A DNA stretch of 64,000 nt from a virus (lineage: Duplodnaviria; Caudoviricetes): positions 128,001 to 192,000 of the IMG/VR virus record IMGVR_UViG_3300031134_000001. One strand, 5' to 3'. Every line of letters begins with the position of its first letter. Position 1 is the first letter of the stretch. The translations under genes were made by a program, and so were the position numbers. Under the pieces are notes generated by a model. The model saw nothing but the letters and a program-made list of their open reading frames with translations, did no database searches and was not told the DNA's origin. Below are positions 29,409 to 38,095 of this stretch, piece by piece.

Positions 29409-29837
29409 ATGTTCGGATTCGGTAACAAAGACAAAAAAGCAGACAACTCGGTCACCATCAAATTCTCGCTGATGGCCCCAGTGCTGTTCCACAAAGACTG
29501 CAACGGTCTTCCTGAGCACGGCAAGCTGTGCGCTGAACACGCGACCCTGAACGTCAGCAAGAGCGACGGCGTGCGCTTCCACTTCGAAGGCATCGAACCA
29601 CCGCAGATGACGGCTGAAGTTCTGGCCTACATCACCGACCAAGCTGAGCGCCAAGGTTACATCGTGCATTACCTGCACAGCTACGTGAACGTGCTGAACC
29701 AACTGCCAGCACCGGTTCTGCGTCCACGTTCGGCAACCCCGGCACCAGTGCTGCACGCCTCGCCCAACACTTCCGCACGCGGTCACAACCGCAGCCTGCG
29801 TAAGCCAGCTGAACCCACGCAAGCGGCAGCAGCGTAA
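29409..29837 (+). CDS. hypothetical protein with Pro-rich tail (142 aa)
   Basis: SD aagga; strongly biased codon usage. Confidence 0.7.
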   Translation: MFGFGNKDKKADNSVTIKFSLMAPVLFHKDCNGLPEHGKLCAEHATLNVSKSDGVRFHFEGIEPPQMTAEVLAYITDQAERQGYIVHYLHSYVNVLNQLPAPVLRPRSATPAPVLHASPNTSARGHNRSLRKPAEPTQAAAA

Positions 29838-29862
29838 TCGGCCGGAGAAGTAAGGTCATACT

Positions 29863-29897
29863 AGCCCTCCTCCACTCAACGAGTGGGGGAGTTGGCT
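29863..29897 (+). terminator. intergenic hairpin
   Basis: ctcctccactc-aac-gagtggggga followed by a T-rich tail. Confidence 0.6.
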
Positions 29898-29928
29898 TAC
29901 TCTATTTATTTTTTTGGATTGTTGAATT

Positions 29929-30147
29929 ATGACAACGAAAACCTATCTGGTTAAAAAGTGCAAAGAAGACGGATCAACACCCATGGGGGAATGCCCGGAA
30001 GTTGAAATCGAAGCGCCTACACTGCCGTGGCACAACGACTACCAAAGCTTGTTGGCCGAGTTTTACAAGCGTTACCCAGAATGGTTAATTGTCAGCTGGG
30101 GACACAAAGCAGAAATCTTGGCGCATCGCGCCGCTCACAATAACTAA
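29929..30147 (+). CDS. hypothetical protein (72 aa)
   Basis: ORF upstream of tmk. Confidence 0.55.
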   Translation: MTTKTYLVKKCKEDGSTPMGECPEVEIEAPTLPWHNDYQSLLAEFYKRYPEWLIVSWGHKAEILAHRAAHNN

Positions 30148-30159
30148 CACGAAGAAATC

Positions 30160-30795
30160 ATGTCCACGATCAAAGGTAAGTTCTTGACACTCGAAGGCGT
30201 TGACGCCAGTGGGAAGTCCACCAACATTCAACCGTTGGCGGAACATTTGCGCTCCCGCGGTTATAAGGTTCACGTGACGCGTGAGCCAGGTGGCAGTCCA
30301 GCTGCGGAAGCGATTCGCGGTGTCTTACTCAACAAGGATCTGGAAATGTCGGATGCGACTGAGCTTTTGCTCTTTCTCGCGGCGCGGCGTGACCACGTTG
30401 AGAAAGTCATCAAGCCCTATCTCGAAAAGGGTTACGTCGTGATCTCCGATCGCTTCAGTGATACGATGTACGCTTACCAAGGACATGCTCGTGGTCTGAG
30501 CGAAATGATGTTGTCGTTAGAGCAGACACTCGGCGGGGAGATCGAACCTGACTATACGCTGTTCTTCGATATCCCCTTCGAAGAAAGCTGCCGGCGCTTA
30601 GCAGCCCGTACTGAAAAGCAAGATCGCATGGACTTACAAGCCAGCGACTTCCGCCGTCGTTGTTTTGACGGTTACCAAATCCGCTTCAAAGAAAACCAAC
30701 ACCGCATGCACCGGATCGATGCTCTACCTAACTCCAAGGTCGTGAAAGAGAAAGTGCTCGCCTGGGCTAACACAGTGTTTGAAAACCTGAACTAA
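30160..30795 (+). CDS. tmk: thymidylate kinase
   Basis: P-loop LEGVDASGKST, TREPGG, SDRF. Confidence 0.95.
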   Translation: MSTIKGKFLTLEGVDASGKSTNIQPLAEHLRSRGYKVHVTREPGGSPAAEAIRGVLLNKDLEMSDATELLLFLAARRDHVEKVIKPYLEKGYVVISDRFSDTMYAYQGHARGLSEMMLSLEQTLGGEIEPDYTLFFDIPFEESCRRLAARTEKQDRMDLQASDFRRRCFDGYQIRFKENQHRMHRIDALPNSKVVKEKVLAWANTVFENLN

Positions 30796-30798
30796 GTC

Positions 30799-31044
30799 AT
30801 GGTCAAACACAAAGGGCTGAGCATTCGTGTCGGTACCAAGACATTCCATGATGTCGGTAAGATGAACCGCAGTGGCCTATGGACCGTACAAGACGCCATA
30901 GAACGCGAGCAGTCCAACGTCAGTCATGCATTGCAAGGCAACGTCTCAGCGGCAACAACCGTGCAGCTGCACAACAAAATGCGAAGTCTGGAAAAGCGTG
31001 CTGAACGTGTGCGTCAACTGATTCGTTGTTTACATAACCAATAA
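30799..31044 (+). CDS. hypothetical protein, paralogue of 31053
   Basis: G...F.DV.KM....L.TV..A..E motif. Confidence 0.6.
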   Translation: MVKHKGLSIRVGTKTFHDVGKMNRSGLWTVQDAIEREQSNVSHALQGNVSAATTVQLHNKMRSLEKRAERVRQLIRCLHNQ

Positions 31045-31052
31045 AGAAAAGT

Positions 31053-31364
31053 ATGCCAAATATCAAAGCAGGTGGCCGTGTCTTCCGTGATGTGCAAAAG
31101 ATGGACATGGAACAACTTCAAACGGTGCGCATTGCGCTCGTGAAAGAGATGCAGAAGCTGGTAGCGTCGGCGCAACGACAAAAGCTGGCGGAGAATCCTT
31201 CGCGCGCTGCCAGGGGCTTGATGTCACAGATGGATAGCACGATGCAGCAACTGGAGCACCGCCTCAAGATGGTTGATGGCTTTGCCAAACAAACCATCAA
31301 GAAAGCCATCCCGGAAGTGCCCAAGCATTACCTCGACAAACAGGAAGGTGCAGCCGATGAATAA
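31053..31364 (+). CDS. hypothetical protein, paralogue of 30799
   Basis: Same N-terminal motif followed by a coiled coil. Confidence 0.65.
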   Translation: MPNIKAGGRVFRDVQKMDMEQLQTVRIALVKEMQKLVASAQRQKLAENPSRAARGLMSQMDSTMQQLEHRLKMVDGFAKQTIKKAIPEVPKHYLDKQEGAADE

Positions 31365-31830
31365 GTCAGACACCGAACCGCTGCGTCCGATCACTGAAGT
31401 TATCGGACAGCCAAACAAGTATCATCCGTTTATCGACGTCGATGGTAACGGCTCGATCATCATCACGGCGCTCAAGCTTATTCCGCAAAACGAGAAGAGC
31501 TTGATCTTTACGAACATCTCGGGCATGTTCAACGACAAAGGTTTCGCTGAGCCGGATGACGCTAGCGTCATTACGTACGACTTCAATGAAGCGAAGATCT
31601 TCGTGGGTAACTTGGCTGGTTACGCTGATATGGCGATCAACGACATCGAACGTCTGTACCGGAACGAGATCGATTCGCTGGGCCTGCGTAATCTGCCTAA
31701 CCTCACGTACGATGATTTGTCAGATGAACCGATTGACTACAACGTCGCGGCGATTCAATGGCAGCGCAGTGACTTTGACAAGATCATCGCGTACATCACG
31801 TTGACGTACAAAAACAATGTCAGCCATTGA
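31357..31830 (+). CDS. hypothetical protein (157 aa)
   Basis: ATG overlaps the previous stop; SD ggaagg. Confidence 0.65.
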   Translation: MNKSDTEPLRPITEVIGQPNKYHPFIDVDGNGSIIITALKLIPQNEKSLIFTNISGMFNDKGFAEPDDASVITYDFNEAKIFVGNLAGYADMAINDIERLYRNEIDSLGLRNLPNLTYDDLSDEPIDYNVAAIQWQRSDFDKIIAYITLTYKNNVSH

Positions 31831-32440
31831 AAAGCGATACACCGGGAAAAAGCGCGAAGTGCAAGGTTGGTTTTCTACGCATACGGAATATCAGTGCGTT
31901 CTAACTGACCTTAGTACTAGCGCGACGCGCATTTTCTGGGAACGGGCCCATCGCGGCAATACGCTGCCATGGATCATAAGCACCTTTCGACGAAATAAAG
32001 GCGAACCTATCATGAGTCGTACCGATCCGCGACCTGGACCTACGGACCCTACAGCCGATCAACGCTGCCCAAAAAACCAATTCGTGCCACGCATGTCTGG
32101 ATGCAATGCTGATCCTCAAACCTGCGGCGTCCACTCTTCGCACGCTAAAGAAGTGCAACGTCGGCTCGCGGCTTTTAATGCTGAGCGTGCTGAGTTGGAA
32201 CGACGGGCCGAAATGCCGGCGCCAGTTGTCCAGCTTTATATCTGGCGTCCTTCCATACAAATCCTTAATCACACCATCGTCGTTGCTGCCACCAGTTTGA
32301 AAGAAGCTACTCAAGCTGCAAACGAAATGGTGGCGACAGCTGGTACCGGATTTGATGGTGGAAATTACTACGGATGGCCTGATCATTATCAGCATCCGAT
32401 CGTTGCCCAAGTCGGCACCGCCGTCGGTTTAGAGTTCTAA
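31817..32440 (+). CDS. hypothetical protein (start uncertain, 31817 or 32012)
   Basis: ORF in operon. Confidence 0.5.
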   Translation: MSAIEKRYTGKKREVQGWFSTHTEYQCVLTDLSTSATRIFWERAHRGNTLPWIISTFRRNKGEPIMSRTDPRPGPTDPTADQRCPKNQFVPRMSGCNADPQTCGVHSSHAKEVQRRLAAFNAERAELERRAEMPAPVVQLYIWRPSIQILNHTIVVAATSLKEATQAANEMVATAGTGFDGGNYYGWPDHYQHPIVAQVGTAVGLEF

Positions 32441-32458
32441 TAGAAAAAGAGGCTGACG

Positions 32459-32635
32459 ATGTCAATCTTTTATACGATAAAAACGATTTGGCACCACTCG
32501 ATTTTAAGGCCCCGCAGTTTATTTGATTGCGTTTGGCTTGCTACTTGTATCATTTTGGCTATAGTAGCTGTATTAGTCTGGAGTGTTGGGGCAATTGAAT
32601 ATTTACGCGCTCTAAACAGACTGCAATGGTATTGA
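32459..32635 (+). CDS. small membrane protein (58 aa), below the ORF-track cutoff
   Basis: SD aagagg. MSIFYTIKTIWHHSILRPRSLFDCVWLATCIILAIVAVLVWSVG... Confidence 0.55.
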   Translation: MSIFYTIKTIWHHSILRPRSLFDCVWLATCIILAIVAVLVWSVGAIEYLRALNRLQWY

Positions 32636-32698
32636 ACAAAGATGGATTATTCGCAAGGCGAAGTAATCACTCAGACTAACAATTAACAGGGATCAACC

Positions 32699-33769
32699 AT
32701 GACCACGAACGGCCCACAAATCATCGCTACCATGCTCGCCAACAAGAAGATCAGCCCGCAAGAAGCGCAGTATCTGGAAATGATGGGTACTGTCCACAAC
32801 AACGGCCAAGTCAAGACCGATCGCACAGGCACCGGCACGACATCCCAGTTCGGCAAGATGATGCGCTTCAATCTCCAGGAAGGCTTCCCACTCCTGTCGA
32901 CCAAGAAGATCCACCTGAAGTCGATCATCCATGAACTGATCTGGTTCCTCCAGGGTTCGACCAACATCGCCTACCTGAAAGAAAACGGCGTGTCCATCTG
33001 GGATGAATGGGCTGACGCCGACGGTGAACTCGGTCCGGTCTATGGCGCGCAGTGGCGCCGTTGGCAAGACACCAAGATCATGCATCCAGTCAATGACGCA
33101 GTCAAGATTGAACAGATGCAAAAGAACGGTTACGTTCACATGGGCGACACTACGTATCGCGGTGTAGCTGGTAAAATGGTTGTGTTGGTCAAGGAATACG
33201 ACCAGATTAGCGACGCCATGCACGCGATCAAGACCACCCCTGACTCGCGCCGCATCATCGTCTCGGGCTGGAACGTTGGCGATGTGCCAGGCATGAAGCT
33301 GCCGCCGTGCCACGCCCTGTACCAGTTCTACGTGTCGGACCTGACGCTGGAAGAACGGGTGAAATGGTTTAACAAAACCACTGGCAACTATATCAAGGGT
33401 CCTGCTTCGCACGAGATGTACGACAAAGAAGGCGTGCCGCGCAAGAAGCTGTCTTGCATGTTGTACCAGCGCTCGGCTGATATTTTCCTGGGTGTGCCGT
33501 TCAACATCGCGTCGTACGCAATCCTGACCCACATGTTCGCCCAACAAGCTGACATGGCGGTTGGTGAATTCATCTGGGTCGGCGGTGATTGCCACGTCTA
33601 CTCGAACCACACGGAACAGGTCGAGACGCAGTTGCTGCGCGAAGCACGCCCGCTGCCGCAACTCGTGATCAAGCGTAAGCCTGATTCGATCTTCGACTAC
33701 AAGTTCGAAGACTTCGAAGTCGTCGGCTACGATCCGCATCCGGGTATCAAAGCCCCAGTGGCGGTGTAA
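32699..33769 (+). CDS. thyA: thymidylate synthase
   Basis: [30 protein letters not shown]; two insertions relative to E. coli ThyA. Confidence 0.97.
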   Translation: MTTNGPQIIATMLANKKISPQEAQYLEMMGTVHNNGQVKTDRTGTGTTSQFGKMMRFNLQEGFPLLSTKKIHLKSIIHELIWFLQGSTNIAYLKENGVSIWDEWADADGELGPVYGAQWRRWQDTKIMHPVNDAVKIEQMQKNGYVHMGDTTYRGVAGKMVVLVKEYDQISDAMHAIKTTPDSRRIIVSGWNVGDVPGMKLPPCHALYQFYVSDLTLEERVKWFNKTTGNYIKGPASHEMYDKEGVPRKKLSCMLYQRSADIFLGVPFNIASYAILTHMFAQQADMAVGEFIWVGGDCHVYSNHTEQVETQLLREARPLPQLVIKRKPDSIFDYKFEDFEVVGYDPHPGIKAPVAV

Positions 33770-33770
33770 C

Positions 33771-34004
33771 ATGAGCTTATTCAAACGTTCCAGTGCATCC
33801 GCCGCTTCCCCAGCGATGGCGCTAGTTCTTGTTGCCGTACTTATCTGCATGGCAGTCAACACAACCGGCATCGGGAGTTACAACAAAGAACCGGGCGTGA
33901 TTGCCCGCGGTTGGTCCAAGTGGATGGCTGTGAAATTCGGCTATCAACTCCTGATCATTCTGGTGTTGTCCACCATCATCGCCACCACACTCTTCGGAAA
34001 GTAA
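33771..34004 (+). CDS. small membrane protein (2 TM)
   Basis: Two hydrophobic segments; directly follows thyA. Confidence 0.6.
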   Translation: MSLFKRSSASAASPAMALVLVAVLICMAVNTTGIGSYNKEPGVIARGWSKWMAVKFGYQLLIILVLSTIIATTLFGK

Positions 34005-34006
34005 CC

Positions 34007-34153
34007 ATGGAAGACTACGATGACGGATTCCTTTCCAACGGGATCGGATACGATGACGATGAGGAAACGACCTGGACGAGCATTATCGTCAAGATCATCC
34101 TCTTGGGATTGTTCGCGGTGTTTCTGATCTGCACGGAAGGTAAGCATGTCTAA
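34007..34153 (+). CDS. small membrane protein (48 aa)
   Basis: Acidic N-terminus followed by a TM helix. Confidence 0.5.
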   Translation: MEDYDDGFLSNGIGYDDDEETTWTSIIVKIILLGLFAVFLICTEGKHV

Positions 34154-34466
34154 AGAAGATGATTCCGTTGCTAAGTGGATACTGGCCATTCCTATTATCG
34201 TGGTAGTTATGGTGCTGTACTTGCTTGTCAGTGTTTATCGGATAAATCAAAAAGCGGCCGATGAACTACCTGCCAGGCAAGCCAGTTATCAGCAGTATCT
34301 ATTGACCCATCAATGTGTGGTCACCGGTTACGCTGGCAAACACGCCATGGAAATTTACCAGTGCGAACACGGCATGCTCCTGTCGCGTGATATCTGGACG
34401 CAAATTGAAGTCAAGGAGATAAGGGATGACCTTCGATTATTTTCAAAAGATGTCGCAAGACATTAA
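34146..34466 (+). CDS. membrane-anchored hypothetical protein (106 aa)
   Basis: N-terminal TM; two Cys in the soluble part. Confidence 0.6.
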   Translation: MSKEDDSVAKWILAIPIIVVVMVLYLLVSVYRINQKAADELPARQASYQQYLLTHQCVVTGYAGKHAMEIYQCEHGMLLSRDIWTQIEVKEIRDDLRLFSKDVARH

Positions 34467-34647
34467 CGCCCGCTTTCGCAAAATTACTCAGGAAACGTTT
34501 GCTGCCATTTCTGAAAGTTTTGATCGTCAGCGGGCGCAAGTAGCCACTAAAGGTCACAAAAAGAAAGTGTTCCACAAGAAGTCTCGACAAAAGGTAAAAC
34601 CTTCGTCGGTGCTGCAAAATCTTCTGAATAAAAATAACTCGCTATAA
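34426..34647 (+). CDS. small basic hypothetical protein
   Basis: SD aaggag; Lys-rich C-terminus. Confidence 0.5.
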   Translation: MTFDYFQKMSQDINARFRKITQETFAAISESFDRQRAQVATKGHKKKVFHKKSRQKVKPSSVLQNLLNKNNSL

Positions 34648-34667
34648 GTCAACAACAAAGGAAAGTA

Positions 34668-35678
34668 ATGCAACTCGATTTGAACGCAACACAAGGCAAG
34701 CGGGTCCATGCGTCGGACAAACGCATGATCAATGCTACCACCGACGTCAACCAACTCGTACCGTTCAAGTACAAGTGGGCGTGGGACATGTATCTGGCAG
34801 CCTGCGAGAACCAGTGGATGCCAACTGAACACGACATGCGTGCTGATGCCGGTCAGTGGCAGTCGAGTGTTGTCAGCCAAGCTGATCGCTGCGCTGTGTC
34901 GCGCGCGCTGTACGCGTCGGTGTTCCAGTACGGTCAAGGCATGGACAGCATCGTCCTGGGCATCTATCGTCACCTTACGGCGCCTGAAGCGCGTCAGTAC
35001 CTGCTGCGTCAAAGCTTCGAAGAAGGTCTGTCCTCGCATGCGTTCTCTCACATCGTAGAAGCGCTGGGTGACATCCCTGAAGATACGATCGACCGTTCGA
35101 TCCGTAAAGACTACCTCGCGCCTTACCTGGCCGTGCTGTCCGATCCGAAGTACAAGACCGGCACGGTCGATACTGACCAAGCGTTGCTGCGCGCCCTCGC
35201 GGTGTACACCGTGACCATGAAAGGGTTGTTCCCGCTCGTGGACATTATCCAAGTGCTGGAACTGGGTCAGCGTGGCAAGATGGCGTCCGTGGCAGCTATG
35301 CACCGTCTGGAACTTCGGGACTTGACGATGCATTGCAATTTCGGTGTCGAAGTCATCAACGCCATCAAGACCGAGAACCCGCATCTCTGGACGCCTGCGC
35401 TGCGCGCTGAGCTGACCAACCTCATCACTCAGGCCGTCGATATCGAAGCGGCGTACATCGGTCAGATCTCGCCAGCAGACGACGCCAAGTACGCGATGTT
35501 CCTGCGCATCGTGGCCAACCGCCGCGCTAACCAAATCGGTCTGGACAACATCTATCCGAATCCTGGCAAGAATCCTTTCCCGTGGATCGGTGAACTGCTG
35601 GGTCTGCGCAAAGATGACGCCGGCTTCGAGGTGCGCGCCATGGAAACCAAAACCACAGAAACCCTGAGCTGGGACTAA
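34668..35678 (+). CDS. nrdB: ribonucleotide reductase beta (R2)-like protein lacking metal and radical residues
   Basis: Collinear with betaproteobacterial NrdB (VNQLVPFKYKWAW, QWMP, MHCNFG, ENPHLW, NPFPW, LSWD), but the ligands are substituted (see findings). Confidence 0.9.
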   Translation: MQLDLNATQGKRVHASDKRMINATTDVNQLVPFKYKWAWDMYLAACENQWMPTEHDMRADAGQWQSSVVSQADRCAVSRALYASVFQYGQGMDSIVLGIYRHLTAPEARQYLLRQSFEEGLSSHAFSHIVEALGDIPEDTIDRSIRKDYLAPYLAVLSDPKYKTGTVDTDQALLRALAVYTVTMKGLFPLVDIIQVLELGQRGKMASVAAMHRLELRDLTMHCNFGVEVINAIKTENPHLWTPALRAELTNLITQAVDIEAAYIGQISPADDAKYAMFLRIVANRRANQIGLDNIYPNPGKNPFPWIGELLGLRKDDAGFEVRAMETKTTETLSWD

Positions 35679-35684
35679 TCATTA

Positions 35685-35713
35685 CCCCTAGTCTTTCGAG
35701 GCTAGGGTTTTTT
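35685..35713 (+). terminator. Rho-independent terminator
   Basis: ccctagtct-ttcg-aggctaggg followed by T6. Confidence 0.85.
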
Positions 35714-35742
35714 CTTACGTTTATATCACTAGGAGTATACCC

Positions 35743-36549
35743 ATGAAAATTTCGAACATCCCGATGATCGTCGCTCTGCTGGCCACTGCCCTGGCTGGCT
35801 GCGGTAATGACCACCCACCCGCACCACAAGCGCAATACCAGCAACCTGTCGTCATCCAGCAAGCCCCAGCCGTTCAGCAAGACAACTCCGGCACCAACAT
35901 GCTCGCCGGCGCCGCCCTGGGCGCAGCTGCTGCCATGGCACTGTCCGATCGCGATCGTCACTACGACAACCGGCCTCGCCATGTCGAGTACGAGAACAAG
36001 ACCACGATCGTCAACAACTACCACGGCCCTAAGCCTGGTGTCGCGGCACCGGTCGCCGCTGCTGCTGTTGCCGCCGCGACACCAGCACGTACGCCGGTTT
36101 CCGATCAACTGGTGAACATGGCCAAAACGACGCCGCCTGTTGTCAAGCCCAGTTATGCTGCGCCGGGCACTGCCAGTCCAGTCCCAGCGCCGTCCCAAGC
36201 CTTCCTGACCGGCAACAAGACTCTGACCGTATCGAATACGCCAGCGGTCAAGTCGTACGCACCAGCAGCCGCTCCGGCGTTGCCTGCACCCAAGCCCATG
36301 TTGGCGTTGCCTGCACCTACCCAGGTCAGCTTGACCAAACCGGCACCGACGGCAATGCAAGTTCCTAAGACTGCACAGAACGCCATCCCGCGTCCATCGA
36401 ACTACAACTACAAACCACTGCAAGCATCGTACACGCCGACCAAGTCGTATTCGTCCAGCTCCTCGTACAAACCGTCCAAGAGCTACAGTAGTTCGAGCAG
36501 CTCGCGCAGCTCCAGCAGTTCGCGTAGTTCGAGTAGTTCCCGTCGTTAA
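35743..36549 (+). CDS. lipoprotein with Pro/Ala-rich body and Ser/Arg-rich tail (268 aa)
   Basis: SD aggag; lipobox LAGC; C-terminus SSSSSRSSSSSRSSSSSRR. Confidence 0.8.
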   Translation: MKISNIPMIVALLATALAGCGNDHPPAPQAQYQQPVVIQQAPAVQQDNSGTNMLAGAALGAAAAMALSDRDRHYDNRPRHVEYENKTTIVNNYHGPKPGVAAPVAAAAVAAATPARTPVSDQLVNMAKTTPPVVKPSYAAPGTASPVPAPSQAFLTGNKTLTVSNTPAVKSYAPAAAPALPAPKPMLALPAPTQVSLTKPAPTAMQVPKTAQNAIPRPSNYNYKPLQASYTPTKSYSSSSSYKPSKSYSSSSSSRSSSSSRSSSSSRR

Positions 36550-36552
36550 ACC

Positions 36553-36591
36553 ATAACCACTCCCAGCCATTGATTTGGCGGGAGTGGTTAT
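36553..36591 (+). terminator. intergenic hairpin
   Basis: ataaccactccc...gggagtggttat. Confidence 0.6.
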
Positions 36592-36606
36592 TAAAGGAGT
36601 GTTGTT

Positions 36607-36876
36607 ATGTCGCTTATGTATTACTCGTCCGGTTTCTCCAGTTTGTTCCATAGCTATCGTGACAGGTTCACTCAGTATTACGATCGCCCCTTTTACGCTG
36701 AGCTTAATGGTGGCAGTAATCTGCAAGAGATATATCGCCACCGGTTGGTAGTGAAAAATCAACGGGCTGCAGCACAATCCAAACGGCACAAGTCGCGCCA
36801 CATCCATGTGCCGGTGGACAAAGACGTCCCGCAGAAGATTCTGAACTTCATTAACCGCGCATGCGTATTGGAATAG
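36607..36876 (+). CDS. hypothetical protein (89 aa)
   Basis: SD aaggag. Confidence 0.6.
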   Translation: MSLMYYSSGFSSLFHSYRDRFTQYYDRPFYAELNGGSNLQEIYRHRLVVKNQRAAAQSKRHKSRHIHVPVDKDVPQKILNFINRACVLE

Positions 36877-36880
36877 ATTA

Positions 36881-36897
36881 ATTCAAATATACATTAC
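36881..36897 (+). promoter_or_regulatory. early promoter variant
   Basis: ATTCA-N6-CATTAC, followed by tgt as at 42971. Confidence 0.4.
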
Positions 36898-36925
36898 TGT
36901 AGTGTCATAACCAACAACAAAAGAG

Positions 36926-37639
36926 GTGAGCATGAGATGTTATATGAAATTGCGGGACCGTATTGATTTGGCTCAGCGAATCATGCGCGGTCAGCGTTTG
37001 GTAAACGTTGTCAATGAAACGGGTTACAGCACGGAAATGGTAAAACGTTTTGTCAGCGAAATCATCTTTCAAACGCATTGGATCGGTGTACACGCCGGCT
37101 TTAAGGTGGACATGCGCGATGTGACATCGGTTGAGCTGCGAAGAAACAAAAAGCACTACCAGCCAATCGTCAATTACTTTGAACAGCAGTGTATTGCTTT
37201 TCAAAAGAAGCCAACCCCTGACTATCCGTTTCTTTACCTGGACTTACCTAAAAGAGCTCAAGCCCCCATCTTGGCATTCATGAGCAAGCGGTTAGGTCCG
37301 CAGGTGTTACCAACCATCCAGCAAGTTGTGGATGTCTTCAAAGAAAACAGCGTGTATTACGATATGCCCAAAATGGGTGAATTGTCCATGCTCAAGTTGT
37401 TTGAGGCAATCCGGGAAAACAACTTGGAATTCATGTGGGGAGACAGGCACCTACCTCAAGTCGAGAAGTACATCGCCAGCGCAAAAATAAAACTGCGTCA
37501 CTATAACCAACAACAGAAAGCTTTACATGCTAAAAAGAATCAAGTGGTCTTTCCAACAAGCCTTCGTCGCAACCTTCGTGTGGAGCTTCACGATGCTGAT
37601 GTTTGTGGTGATCGTAGCCGGTCAACGCAGCATCCCTGA
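36926..37639 (+). CDS. HTH + RNAP alpha-CTD-like domain protein (start may be 36932)
   Basis: N-terminal HTH-like RIMRGQRLVNVVNETGYSTEMVKR; LDLPKRAQ...TIQQVV...MPKMGELSMLKL. Confidence 0.55.
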   Translation: MSMRCYMKLRDRIDLAQRIMRGQRLVNVVNETGYSTEMVKRFVSEIIFQTHWIGVHAGFKVDMRDVTSVELRRNKKHYQPIVNYFEQQCIAFQKKPTPDYPFLYLDLPKRAQAPILAFMSKRLGPQVLPTIQQVVDVFKENSVYYDMPKMGELSMLKLFEAIRENNLEFMWGDRHLPQVEKYIASAKIKLRHYNQQQKALHAKKNQVVFPTSLRRNLRVELHDADVCGDRSRSTQHP

Positions 37640-38033
37640 CGTCTGGGCACTTCTGCCCGCGGTAGCAGTCTTCCCGCCCCTGGTATATCGCTGGTGTCAG
37701 TTTTACTTCATCTACGGTGTATCCGACTTCCAGACAGAAAAGCACGGTATCTCGATCGGGCATCGCAACTCGTTTGTATCGTCCAGCCGCAAACATCTCA
37801 TCCCCTCACCATGGGAGCGCGTGTCGCTGTATCCGTGGGAGGTTGTGGAGTTTGATAACGGTATGCTCATTCTTTACGAGCGCGGAACGACGATGGAAGC
37901 GTGTGAGGAGTTCTTGTCTGAATGCTTGGGCTACCGCAAATTCTGGCCGCTCATCGATAGCGGTAAACGCTACACCGGGTTCAAGGTCTACGACTACCGA
38001 CTCGGTTTTTTAAAGTTGGTTAAAATTCATTGA
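37527..38033 (+). CDS. membrane protein (2 TM, 168 aa)
   Basis: Two N-terminal TM segments; overlaps the upstream gene by 113 nt. Confidence 0.6.
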   Translation: MLKRIKWSFQQAFVATFVWSFTMLMFVVIVAGQRSIPDVWALLPAVAVFPPLVYRWCQFYFIYGVSDFQTEKHGISIGHRNSFVSSSRKHLIPSPWERVSLYPWEVVEFDNGMLILYERGTTMEACEEFLSECLGYRKFWPLIDSGKRYTGFKVYDYRLGFLKLVKIH

Positions 38034-38095
38034 CCAACGGTATTAATAGGGGAGTCCTTAGAGACTCTCCATTTAACTAACAACAAGGAAACAAC

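Noticed and set aside
32699-33769. ThyA-like gene as a dCMP or dUMP hydroxymethylase (modified-base system)
   Set aside because: It keeps the dUMP-specific Asn (PFNIASY) and close E. coli-like C-terminus. No base-modification genes nearby.
34668-35678. NrdB-like gene as a class Ic or Ie enzyme, or a simple pseudogene
   Set aside because: Class Ic keeps the metal ligands, and class Ie keeps the radical-site Tyr and has a different substitution pattern. The ORF is full length with SD, terminator and conserved surfaces, so it is not a decayed pseudogene.
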